NCBI GenBank assembly: GCA_045862895.1
Contig: BTUO01000007.1
Location: forward strand, 67,615-131,614
Reading direction: 5' to 3'
Length of the DNA stretch: 64,000 nucleotides
Origin: Acidobacteriota bacterium
GTDB lineage: Bacteria; Acidobacteriota; Thermoanaerobaculia; Multivoradales; JAGPDF01
Shown: positions 19,283-27,609 of the stretch, piece after piece
Layout: every line of letters begins with the position of its first letter
Numbering within the stretch: position 1 is the stretch's first letter
Program-made: the position numbers and the translations under genes
Notes under the pieces: model-generated
What the model was told of the DNA's origin: nothing
Database searches by the model: none
The model's input: only the letters and a program-made list of their open reading frames with translations

Positions 19283-19882
19283 ATGGGAGCGCCCGCGCCG
19301 CAGCCGAGCAACGATCCGGTGCCGGCGCCGCCGCCATCGGCCGCCGAGGTCTTCCGCTCGGCGCGTGGCGAGCTGGTGCGGTTGCTGGCGCGCTACCGGA
19401 TCCCGCGGCCCGACGATGACGATCTGCTGCAGGAGGCGTTCCTGGCGCTGGCGACGAAGGGTTCCGGTGCTCGCGATCCGCGCCTCTGGCTGATCGGCGC
19501 GATGCGGGTGCTCTGCCTGCGCTATCGCCGGGCGCTCGCGTATCGGCTCTACGAAGCGATCGACGCCGAGTTGCTCGACGCCTTCGCCGACTCCCGTCTG
19601 GCCGGCTTCGAGCGACGCGTGCTGATCGGCGAGGTCGAGGTCGCCCTCGGTCGGCTCGGAGAGCGCTGTCGCGAGATCCTGCGCCTGCGCTACGGGCTCG
19701 GCTGCGATCGCTTCGAGACCGGCGCCGCGGTCGGCTGCCGGCCGTCGTCGGTGGGTACGCTCGAGAAGCGCTGCCTGACGGCGCTCGGCACCGCACTCGG
19801 CGGCAGCCGGCGGTGCGCGCGGCGGCGCACGCGCGAGGCGCCGCGGCCACCCCGCGCCGACGCCTCGATCAGAGGATCGTGA
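19283..19882 (+). CDS. ECF-type RNA polymerase sigma-70 family factor
   Basis: MGAPAPQPSND... then the region-2-like DDLLQEAFLALATKG...DPRLWLIGAMRVLCLRYRR, and the region-4 HTH ALGRLGERCREILRLRYGLGCDRFETGAAVGCRPSSVGTLEKRCLTAL. The 5' part of track ORF 18830..19882 is antisense of the neighbouring genes. Confidence 0.75.
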   Translation: MGAPAPQPSNDPVPAPPPSAAEVFRSARGELVRLLARYRIPRPDDDDLLQEAFLALATKGSGARDPRLWLIGAMRVLCLRYRRALAYRLYEAIDAELLDAFADSRLAGFERRVLIGEVEVALGRLGERCREILRLRYGLGCDRFETGAAVGCRPSSVGTLEKRCLTALGTALGGSRRCARRRTREAPRPPRADASIRGS

Positions 19883-20249
19883 TCGGTTCCCAGACCCCCT
19901 CGGCGGCCCGGCGCGGGCCGTCGTCGGTGGTCAGCCAGGCGTGGCCGTCGCCGGAGCCGGAGCTATCCGGGCGAAAGGCCAGCGCCAGCCGCGGCTCGAG
20001 ACCGCAGCGGGCGTGCAGGTCGAGCAGCACCAGCGAGCGCTTGAGGCAGGGGCCGCCGTCGACCGGCAGCAGCCGCGCGACGCGCGCGACGTAGCCGCTC
20101 CAGCGCCCGGGATCGCGCAGTGCGGCGCTGCGAAAGGCCGGCGCCTCGCGCAGGCGCGCCACCCGCTCGTCGATCGGCAGCGCCGAGGTCGAGCGCGCGC
20201 GGGCGACCGCGCGCAGCAGCGCGGGGAAGCCGACGAGCGCGAACAGCCA
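19869..20249 (-). CDS. transglutaminase-like superfamily small protein (lasso-peptide B2-like Cys protease fold)
   Basis: The minus-strand ATG at 20249 lies 5 nt after the kinase stop. The protein is MNRWLFALVGFPALLRAV...PCLKRSLVLLDLHARCGLEPRLALAFRPDSSGSGDGHAWLTTDDG. This matches the CLxRSL...HAW(V/L)...G signature of lasso B2 / PF13471 proteins, with Cys and His present. It is hidden in the track inside the Arg-rich ORF 19869..23981. Confidence 0.65.
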   Translation of the reverse strand, partial: WLFALVGFPALLRAVARARSTSALPIDERVARLREAPAFRSAALRDPGRWSGYVARVARLLPVDGGPCLKRSLVLLDLHARCGLEPRLALAFRPDSSGSGDGHAWLTTDDGPRRAAEGVWEPITIL

Positions 20250-20254
20250 TCGAT

Positions 20255-23200
20255 TCATGGTGGAAACTCCGACCCGACCCCTTCGAGCCACGGCACGCCG
20301 GCCGCCAGGCGCGCGCCGAGCTCGTCGCGACGGCGGTCGAGCCCGGCGAGCAGCTCGGTGAAAGCGGCATCGCCGTCGAGCGAACGTACGGCGAAGTCCT
20401 TGCGGATCCAGGGGGCGTCCCAGTAGCCGAGCGCGGCGGCGCGGCCGAGGTAGTCGAGCGCGGCGGCGCGGTCGCCGAGCAGGGCGTGGACCTTGGCCAC
20501 CCAGTAGGTGAAGGTGCCGTCGGCCGCGGCCCCCGGCTCGGCGAGCGCGAGCGATGCGCGCGCCGCTTCGGCCTCCCCCTCGGCAGCCGCCGCGAACGCC
20601 GCCACGCCGTGGGCGATCGGGTCGCCCGGGTCGAGCTCGACGCCGCGTTCGATCCAGTGCCGCGCTTCGCGCCGGTCGCCGGCGTAGAAGGCGGCGATGC
20701 CGCGCCAGTAGTTGTAGTGCGCGAACCGCGGCCGCCGGGCGACCAGGGCCTCGGCCTCGGCCACCGCCTCGTCGAAGCGGTCGAGATAGATCAGCACCGA
20801 GAGGCGCCGGATCGTGTAGGCGTACTTCGGATCGTGACCGGCCGCGCGCCGGTGCGCGGCGAGCGCCTCGCCCCAGAAGCCGGTGTTCTTGAACAGGTAG
20901 GAGAGGCCGTCCCAGGCCGCGGCGCGGTCCGGGTCGCGCGCGAGCACGCCGGTGAAGTCGTCGAACGCCGCGAGGTTGTCGCCGCGCTCGAGCCGGATCA
21001 GCCCGAGCACCGTGCGCGCCTCGGCGGAGCCGGGCTCGAGCGCGAGCGCCTCGGTGACGGCGACCTCGGCGCGGTCGTAGAGCGCGACGTCGCCGGCGAA
21101 CTCCGCCGTCTCGGCGTCGTGGCGGCCGAGCCGCACCAGCAGCGCCGCCCGCTCCGCGCGCGCCTCCTGCTCCGGCAGCCGCGCCGCCAGGTCGAGCGCG
21201 CGCGCGAGGTGGGGACGGGCGTCCTTCGGGTTGCGCCACGAGGCGACGTCGGCCGCCGCCAGGTTCTTCTCGATCGCGCGCCGGAACTCGCGCCCCTTCT
21301 CCCAGTGCACGGCGAGCTGCGCCAGCGCCCCGCCCGGCCGCGGCGCGTGCAGGCGCTCGAGCTCCTCGGCCGCCCGCCGGTGCCACTGCTCCCGGCGCCG
21401 CGCCGCCATCTCGTCGTAGAAGGCGTGCTGGTAGAGCGAGTGGGCGAAGCGGAAGCGCTCGGCGGCGCTGCCGTCCGGGTACTCGACCTCGCCGGCGGCC
21501 TCGACCAGCCGGTGTCGCTCCGCGAGGAAGCGCAGGCGCTCCTCGGCGTCGACCGCGTCGACACCGGCCAGCCGCGCCGCGACCAGTGAGGAGAAGGTCT
21601 CGCCCTCGACGCTCGCCGCTTCGAGCAGCCGGCGATCGGCGTCGTCGAGGCGCTCGACCTTCTGACGGATCACCGCGGCGATCCCCTCCGGGACCACGCG
21701 CTCGATCGAGGGCAGCGAGCGCTTGAGCACCAGCTGGCCGCCGACGCGCTCGACGGCGCCGTCCTGGATCAGGTGGTTGACGACGTTGAGCAGGAACAGC
21801 GGGTTGCCCTCGGTGCGACGCAGCGCGAAGTCGACCAGCTCCTCGGGCGGCTCGACGCCGAGCTCGCGCCGCAGGTAGGCCGCGACCTCGTCGCGGCCGA
21901 AGGGCTCCGGTTCGAGGTCGCTCCAGGCCTGGTGGCCGAGCGAGAGGCCGCGCAGCAGCTGGCGCAACGGGTGGCGCTCGACCTCGAGCTCTTCCGGCCG
22001 GTAGGTGCCGACCACCAGCAGCGGCAGCCCGGGCAGGCGCGGCACCAGGTGCGCGAGCAGATCGACGCTCGCCGGGTCGGCCCAGTGCAGGTCCTCGAGC
22101 GCCAGCACGACCGGTCGGCGCGCGCCGAGCTCGGCGACCAGCGCGGCGAACTCGCGCGGCATCCGGTCGCGGCTGCGTCGCCCCTCGAGCAGCTCGTCGC
22201 CGCCGCTCGCGGCGAGCGACGGGAAGTGCGACGCCCAGGTCGGCGCGTGCGCCGTGAGCACGGAGGAGAGCGTCTCCTTCCAGGGGCCGTCGAGCAGGCT
22301 GCCGAGCGCGTCGAGGAAGGGAGAGTACGGCTCGGCCGACGCGAAATGCTCGGCCGAGCGGCCGAGCGCCACCATCGCGTCGGGCAGCTGGCCGCGCACG
22401 CGGCGCAGGAACGCGGCGAGCAGGGTCGACTTGCCGGTTCCCGGCTCGCCGCCGATGGTGACCAGGTGCCCGGAGCCCGCGGCCGCCGCCTCGGCGAGCG
22501 CGGCGAGCCGCTCGAGCTCGACCTCGCGGCCGATCGGCTCGGCGGGCAGCGCTCCGCTCCTCTCGCGCGAGGCGCGGCCCACCGGCGCGATCGGCGGCCT
22601 GACCCAGCCCGTCGCGGTCAGCGCCTCGCGGGCGACGCCGGCGAACCCTTCGCGCAGCGCGCGCGCCAGCATCCCGGCCGATTCCGGCCGGCGGGCCGGG
22701 TCCTTGGCGAGCGCGGCGAGCAGCGACGCCGAGACCGCCTCCGGCAGGTCGGGCACGCGCGCGGCGGGCGGATCGGGATCGCGGGTCAGGTGCGCCACCA
22801 GCACCGCCTCGACCGTCAGGCCCTGGAACGGCGGCGCGCCGGTCAGCAGCTCGTAGGCGATCGCGCCCAGGCTGTAGACGTCCGAGCGCGGCCCCGCTGG
22901 CAGCCCCTGGCACTGCTCCGGGCTCATGTAGAGCGGCGAGCCGAGGGCGTTGGTGCCGGTCAGCCGCGGATCGTCGCCGGCGAGCAGTCGGGCCAGGCCG
23001 AAGTCGCCGACCTTGGCGCGACCGCCGGTGAACACGATGTTGGCGGGTTTCAGGTCGCGGTGGACGATGCCGGCCGCGTGCGCGAGGTCGACCGCGGCGG
23101 CGACCTGTTCGACGATCTCGACGGCCTCGATCGGCGCCACGCCGGCGTCGCGGGCGAGCCGGTCGCCGAGACTCCCTTCGCCGCAGTACTCCATGACCAG

Positions 23201-23548
23201 GAAGGCCTCGCCGTCGGCGGTGCGGTCGAAGTCGTGGACGGTGACGACGTTGGGATGGGCGAGCGCCCCGGCGGCGCGCGCCTCGCGGCGGAAGCGTTCG
23301 AAGGCGGGCGCGTGCGCGGTGAGCTCGCGGTGCAGCACCTTGATCGCGACCTGCCGCGCCATCTCCTCGTGGCGCGCGAGGTAGACCACGCCGGCGCCGC
23401 CGGAGCCCAGTCGTTCGAGGATCCGGTAGCGCCGATCGAGCAGCGTCCCCAGCCGCGGATCCGTCGTCTCGTTCACGGGCCGGCCGATGGTACACCGACC
23501 CACCCCTCCCCCAGGGACACCCAAAGGGGACACACGAACTCTGGCCAA
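20255..23548 (-). CDS. Ser/Thr protein kinase fused to an AAA/STAND ATPase and TPR repeats
   Basis: The kinase subdomains are present (LGSGGAGVVYLARH, AIKVL, HRDLKPANIV, DFGLA, SPEQ). A Walker A GGEPGTGKST follows, then C-terminal TPR-like repeats. The start is ambiguous between TTG at 23548 and an in-frame GTG at 23476 (VNETTDPRL). Confidence 0.85.
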   Translation of the reverse strand: MARVRVSPLGVPGGGVGRCTIGRPVNETTDPRLGTLLDRRYRILERLGSGGAGVVYLARHEEMARQVAIKVLHRELTAHAPAFERFRREARAAGALAHPNVVTVHDFDRTADGEAFLVMEYCGEGSLGDRLARDAGVAPIEAVEIVEQVAAAVDLAHAAGIVHRDLKPANIVFTGGRAKVGDFGLARLLAGDDPRLTGTNALGSPLYMSPEQCQGLPAGPRSDVYSLGAIAYELLTGAPPFQGLTVEAVLVAHLTRDPDPPAARVPDLPEAVSASLLAALAKDPARRPESAGMLARALREGFAGVAREALTATGWVRPPIAPVGRASRERSGALPAEPIGREVELERLAALAEAAAAGSGHLVTIGGEPGTGKSTLLAAFLRRVRGQLPDAMVALGRSAEHFASAEPYSPFLDALGSLLDGPWKETLSSVLTAHAPTWASHFPSLAASGGDELLEGRRSRDRMPREFAALVAELGARRPVVLALEDLHWADPASVDLLAHLVPRLPGLPLLVVGTYRPEELEVERHPLRQLLRGLSLGHQAWSDLEPEPFGRDEVAAYLRRELGVEPPEELVDFALRRTEGNPLFLLNVVNHLIQDGAVERVGGQLVLKRSLPSIERVVPEGIAAVIRQKVERLDDADRRLLEAASVEGETFSSLVAARLAGVDAVDAEERLRFLAERHRLVEAAGEVEYPDGSAAERFRFAHSLYQHAFYDEMAARRREQWHRRAAEELERLHAPRPGGALAQLAVHWEKGREFRRAIEKNLAAADVASWRNPKDARPHLARALDLAARLPEQEARAERAALLVRLGRHDAETAEFAGDVALYDRAEVAVTEALALEPGSAEARTVLGLIRLERGDNLAAFDDFTGVLARDPDRAAAWDGLSYLFKNTGFWGEALAAHRRAAGHDPKYAYTIRRLSVLIYLDRFDEAVAEAEALVARRPRFAHYNYWRGIAAFYAGDRREARHWIERGVELDPGDPIAHGVAAFAAAAEGEAEAARASLALAEPGAAADGTFTYWVAKVHALLGDRAAALDYLGRAAALGYWDAPWIRKDFAVRSLDGDAAFTELLAGLDRRRDELGARLAAGVPWLEGVGSEFPP
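23514..23535 (-). promoter_or_regulatory. upstream motif copy A (minus-strand read GTGTGTCCCCTTTGGGTGTCCC) before the kinase gene
   Basis: Read directly from the sequence. It is near-identical to the motif at 23684..23707 in the opposite orientation. Confidence 0.45.
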
Positions 23549-23683
23549 GGCGGGGGGAGGGGCGCCCAGGGTCCGGAAACAACGGTCGCGAGGCGAGACC
23601 CCGGTGGGCCCCCCTCGTCTCCCTCCGGACGCCTGCGGTGCAGCGCCCTTCTGCCCGTCCGGACTCCCGGAGATTCCCTTCCT

Positions 23684-23707
23684 GTGGGTCCCCTTTTGTG
23701 TGTCCCC
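23684..23707 (+). promoter_or_regulatory. upstream motif copy B (GTGGGTCCCCTTTTGTGTGTCCCC), 39 nt before the FAD oxidase ATG
   Basis: Read directly from the sequence. It forms an inverted pair with copy A across the divergent region. Confidence 0.45.
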
Positions 23708-23745
23708 GAGGGTTGGTAGCGTCCGCGGGCGGGTGGAGGGTGGCC

Positions 23746-25002
23746 ATGACGACGGGGACGGGCGCCGGCAGGGAGCGGGGACGGGGCGGGCTGAGCCGCC
23801 GCGAGCTGCTGGCGGCCGGCGTCGCGCTCGGCACGACCGTGGCGCCGCGCGCCGTGCGGGTGGCAGCGCCCCGGCGAAGCGCGCTCGTGGTCGGTGCCGG
23901 CGCCTTCGGGGGCTGGAGCGCCCTCCATCTGCTGCGCCGCGGCTTCGAGGTCACGCTGGTCGACGCCTGGGGGCCGGGCAACTCGCGCGCCTCCTCGGGC
24001 GGCGAGACCCGGGTGATCCGCGGCAGCTACGGCGCCCGCGGCGTCTACACGCGGCTGACCGCGCGCGCCTTCGAGCTCTGGAAGGAGCACGACGCGGCGC
24101 GCGGCTCGCGCCTCTTCCACCCCGTCGGCGTGCTCTGGATGCACGGCGCCGACGACTCCTTCCTGCGCGAGTCGATTCCGCACCTCGACGCCAGCGGCCT
24201 GCGTCACGAACGCCTCGACGCCCGCGCCGCCGCGGCGCGCTGGCCGCAGATCGACTGGCGCGGCCTCGCGGGCGCGCTCTGGGAGCCCGACTCCGGCTAC
24301 CTCGACGCACGCCGCGCCTGCGCCGACGTCGTCGCGGCGTTCACCGCGGCGGGCGGCCGCTTCGTCCTCGACGGCGCGCGGCCGGTCGTCGCCCGAGGCG
24401 AGGCCGCGGTCGAGCTCGACGGCGGCGGGCGCCTGGCGGCCGACCACATCGTCTTCGCCTGCGGCCCCTGGCTGTCCCGCCTCTTCCCCGACGTGATCGG
24501 CGTCCGCATCCGCCCGACCCGCCAGGAGGTCTTCTTCTTCGGGACACCGGCGGGCGAGCCGCGCTTCGCCCCGCCGCAGATGCCGGTCTGGGCCGACCCG
24601 AGCGGCGAGCGGATGTTCTACGGCATCCCGGGCAACGACGCGCGCGGCTTCAAGGTCGCCGACGACACGCGCGGTGAGCCGATCGACCCCACCACCCTCG
24701 AGCGAACGCCGTCGCCCGCGGCGCTCGAGCGGGCCCGCGCCTTCCTCGCCCGGCGCTTCCCCGCGCTCGCCGGCGCGCCGCTGGTCGAGGCGCGGGTCTG
24801 TCAGTACGAGAACTCGCCCGACGGCGACCTGATCTTCGACCGCCACCCCGAAGCCGCGAACCTCTGGCTGCTGGGCGGCGGCTCAGGGCACGGCTTCAAG
24901 CTCGGGCCGGCGCTGGGCGAGCACGTCGCCGGCGTCGTCGCCGGAGAGACCGCACCCGAACCGGCGTTCGGACTGGCCCGATTCGCGAAGCCCGAGTCCT
25001 GA
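23746..25002 (+). CDS. FAD-dependent oxidoreductase (DAO / glycine-sarcosine oxidase-like) with a Tat signal
   Basis: A GGAGGG lies 5 nt upstream of the ATG. MTTGTGAGRERGRGGLSRRELLAAGVALG contains the twin-arginine motif. ALVVGAGAFGGWSALHLLRRGFEVTLVD is a GxGxxG FAD fold. The C-terminal part reads LLGGGSGHGFKLGPALGE. Confidence 0.8.
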   Translation: MTTGTGAGRERGRGGLSRRELLAAGVALGTTVAPRAVRVAAPRRSALVVGAGAFGGWSALHLLRRGFEVTLVDAWGPGNSRASSGGETRVIRGSYGARGVYTRLTARAFELWKEHDAARGSRLFHPVGVLWMHGADDSFLRESIPHLDASGLRHERLDARAAAARWPQIDWRGLAGALWEPDSGYLDARRACADVVAAFTAAGGRFVLDGARPVVARGEAAVELDGGGRLAADHIVFACGPWLSRLFPDVIGVRIRPTRQEVFFFGTPAGEPRFAPPQMPVWADPSGERMFYGIPGNDARGFKVADDTRGEPIDPTTLERTPSPAALERARAFLARRFPALAGAPLVEARVCQYENSPDGDLIFDRHPEAANLWLLGGGSGHGFKLGPALGEHVAGVVAGETAPEPAFGLARFAKPES

Positions 25003-25025
25003 TCGGTCGTTCCCCGAACGAAGAA

Positions 25026-25077
25026 CCGGCGGGCCCGCTCTCGCGAACCCGCCGGTCGGACCGCCCTTCGGGGTCCG
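25026..25077. terminator. two GC hairpins (CCGGCGGG-N14-CCCGCCGG and CGGACC-gcccttcgg-GGTCCG) between convergent genes
   Basis: Read directly. They sit in the 84-bp gap between the oxidase stop and the TonB-dependent receptor stop. Confidence 0.4.
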
Positions 25078-25086
25078 CTCAGGAGC

Positions 25087-27510
25087 TCAGTAGAGCTTGA
25101 CCCGAGCGGTGATACCGAACGTCCGCGACTGGTTGATCAGGTAGCCCTGGCGCGCACGCGTGCCGCGCTCCTGGTCGATGGCGAGCAGCGCCACCTCGTC
25201 CGTCACGTTGTTGACGTAGGCGGCGAGGTCCCACTTCTCGTTGGCGAACCCGAGACGAAGGTTGATGATGTCGTAGGCCGGCAGCTCGGCGTCGAAGTTG
25301 TGGGTCGGCTGCGTGTACGGACCGCCGATGTCGCCGGCGAAGCTGTCGAGGACGACGACGCCGAAGCCCGCCGCCTGGTCGCCGATCTGCGTGAATCGCT
25401 CGCCGACGTGCTGGTAGACGCCGGTGACGGTGCCGAGCCAGCTGCCCGCGGTCCAGTGCCAGGAGCCCGCCGCGACGCCCTGGAGCTCCGGGACGGTCGG
25501 CAGCCGGTTGCCCGCCTCGATGCCGGCGAGCACGTTGCCCGAGGTGTCGCGCAGCGTCGAACGCAGCTCGGAGTTGGTGTAGCTCGCCGACAGGTCGACG
25601 TCGAAGCTGGTGCCGAGCGTCTTCGCGAAGGAAAGCTCGACGCCCTGGCTGCGCGCCTTCGGGACGTTCAAGATCAGGCGCGACGAGCACGAGCCCGCCG
25701 TCACCGTCGCCTGCAGGTCCGAGATGTCCATGTAGAAGATGGCGGCGTTGAAGATGCCGCCGCCGGCGAGCGTGGTCTTGGAGCCCACCTCGTAGTTCCA
25801 CGCCTCCTCGTCGGCCCAGACGTCGTTGCCGCTGTAGGCGGCGAGGTCGGCGGGCGTGCACAGCGGCACGTTGAGCTGGTCGTTGACGCCGCCCAGCCGG
25901 AAGCCCTTCGAGACCTGGGCGTTCAGGTTCGTCCCCTCGTTGATCGCGTAGCTGGCGATCAGGCGCGGCGCGACGCCGTCGGCGTCGACCCCGCCCGGCC
26001 GCGACGCCGGGTCGGCGAAGATGCCGTCGAAGACCTGGGTGCGATCCTCCGAGAAGTCGTAGTAGCGCAGGCCGCCGGTCAGGCCGAGCCGGTCGTTGAC
26101 CGCCCAGGTGCCCTCGCCGAACAGCGCGTACTGGTCGAGCTCGTAGTGCAGGTCCGAGAAGTAGAGGTGGTCCTTGCCGGCGCCGAAGTTACCGGCGGTC
26201 GGGATTCCCGAGAGGTCCTCGAAGCCGAAGACCGGGAGGTCCTGGCCGTAGTCGCGCTCCATCTGGCTGTAGAAGAGGCCGGCCACCCAGTCGAACGAGT
26301 CGCCGTCGCCCGCCAGCCGCAGCTCCTGCGTCCACATCGCCACCTGCGTCGCGTCGAAGAGGGGCGCGTCGAGGGTGTAGATGTTCTCGGGCAACCCGAT
26401 CGAGCCGCCGGTAATCGAGGCGGTCAGCGCCGTGGCGTCGCGCACCACCAGCACGTCGCGATCGGTGTAGGAGGTGATCGAGGTCAGCTCCATGCCGCCG
26501 AGGTCGTACTGGATGTTCAGGTCGGCGAGCAGGAACTCGTCGCTGAACGGCTCCTCGAACTGGGTGAACTGCTCGGTCTCGCCGAAGGTGACCCGGGGCC
26601 GCGTCGTGGTGTAGGGATTGGCCAGGATGTTGAAGACGTCGGCGCGGTTCCAGCCGTCGGTCTCGACCTCCTGGTAGAGGATGCGCGGCGTCACCACCAG
26701 GTCCTCGTTCGGCTCGAAGCGCAGCGCCCAGCGGATGCCGGCGCGGCTGCCCGAGTTGACGTCCTCGTTGACCGACAGGTCGGGCTGGATGGCGTCGACC
26801 CAGCCCGCGAGGTCGGTGTAGTAGGCGGTGACGCGCATCGCGGTGGTCTCTCCCAGCGGCACGTTGATCGCCGCCTTCGCGGAGTAGCCGATGTCGCCGC
26901 CGTCGATCGAGGAGAGGCCGACTTCGGCGATCGCGGTGGAAGCCCCGATCTCGGGCTGGTTGGAGATATACCGGATCGTGCCGGAGAGCGAGCCGGCTCC
27001 GAACAGGGTCCCTTGCGGTCCGCGCAGGACCTCGACGCGCGAGACGTCGAAGAGATCGAGGTCCGGGGTGAACAGCGACAGCGAGATCGACGACTCGTCG
27101 AGGTAGGCGCCGACCTGCTCCTTGACGCCCGGCTGGTCGCGCACGATCTGGCCCGACGAGACGCCGCGCATCGCCACCTGGCTCTGGCCCGGTCCCAGAT
27201 TCTGGACGATCAGGCCCGGCGAGTTGGCGGCCACCCCTTCGAGGTCGGTCGCGCCACGCTGGCGCAGCGTCTCCTCGTCCGGAGCCAGCATCGAGAACGG
27301 TACGTCCTGGAGCGACTCCTCGCGCTTGCGCGCCGTGACGGTGATCTCCGCCTCGATCACCGGCTGCTGCTCTTCCTGCGCCGTGGTCTCGGCCGGGGCC
27401 TGCGTTCCGGAATCCTGCGCCGCCCCCGGTACCGTCACGAACAGCCCCGCGACGAACAACCCCGCGGTGAATACCCGAATCCCGCGGCGAACCAGCACCG
27501 ATCGCAACAT
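25087..27510 (-). CDS. TonB-dependent outer-membrane receptor
   Basis: A GGGAGG lies 6 nt upstream of the ATG at 27510. MLRSVLVRRGIRVFTAGLFVAGLFVTVPGAAQ is a signal peptide. A plug region follows (VTARKREESLQDVPFSM...RVEVLRGPQGTLFGAGSLSGTIRY), then a long beta-barrel region ending in the aromatic terminus TFGITARVKLY. Confidence 0.9.
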   Translation of the reverse strand: MLRSVLVRRGIRVFTAGLFVAGLFVTVPGAAQDSGTQAPAETTAQEEQQPVIEAEITVTARKREESLQDVPFSMLAPDEETLRQRGATDLEGVAANSPGLIVQNLGPGQSQVAMRGVSSGQIVRDQPGVKEQVGAYLDESSISLSLFTPDLDLFDVSRVEVLRGPQGTLFGAGSLSGTIRYISNQPEIGASTAIAEVGLSSIDGGDIGYSAKAAINVPLGETTAMRVTAYYTDLAGWVDAIQPDLSVNEDVNSGSRAGIRWALRFEPNEDLVVTPRILYQEVETDGWNRADVFNILANPYTTTRPRVTFGETEQFTQFEEPFSDEFLLADLNIQYDLGGMELTSITSYTDRDVLVVRDATALTASITGGSIGLPENIYTLDAPLFDATQVAMWTQELRLAGDGDSFDWVAGLFYSQMERDYGQDLPVFGFEDLSGIPTAGNFGAGKDHLYFSDLHYELDQYALFGEGTWAVNDRLGLTGGLRYYDFSEDRTQVFDGIFADPASRPGGVDADGVAPRLIASYAINEGTNLNAQVSKGFRLGGVNDQLNVPLCTPADLAAYSGNDVWADEEAWNYEVGSKTTLAGGGIFNAAIFYMDISDLQATVTAGSCSSRLILNVPKARSQGVELSFAKTLGTSFDVDLSASYTNSELRSTLRDTSGNVLAGIEAGNRLPTVPELQGVAAGSWHWTAGSWLGTVTGVYQHVGERFTQIGDQAAGFGVVVLDSFAGDIGGPYTQPTHNFDAELPAYDIINLRLGFANEKWDLAAYVNNVTDEVALLAIDQERGTRARQGYLINQSRTFGITARVKLY

Positions 27511-27531
27511 GGCATACCTCCCTCGGAAATT

Positions 27532-27553
27532 GGGGGGACACTAGCCCAAAGCC
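27532..27553 (-). promoter_or_regulatory. related motif (minus-strand read GGCTTTGGGCTAGTGTCCCCCC), 22 nt upstream of the TonB-receptor ATG
   Basis: Read directly. It shares the TTTGGG ... GTGTCCC core with the kinase and oxidase motifs. Confidence 0.35.
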
Positions 27554-27609
27554 GGCAGAGGCTCAATGGCGCCCGGGGACGGCCGAGGCGGACCGGCAGG
27601 CGCGGCGCT

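Noticed and set aside
19869-20249. A complete lasso-peptide biosynthetic cluster around the B2-like gene
   Set aside because: No precursor, PqqD-like B1, Asn-synthetase-like cyclase or ABC transporter is within the window. Only the B2-like fold is supported.
19869-23981. 1370-aa Arg-rich minus-strand ORF
   Set aside because: It is an out-of-frame shadow of the kinase gene. Only its last 126 codons (19869..20249), which begin at an internal ATG with normal composition, are a plausible gene.
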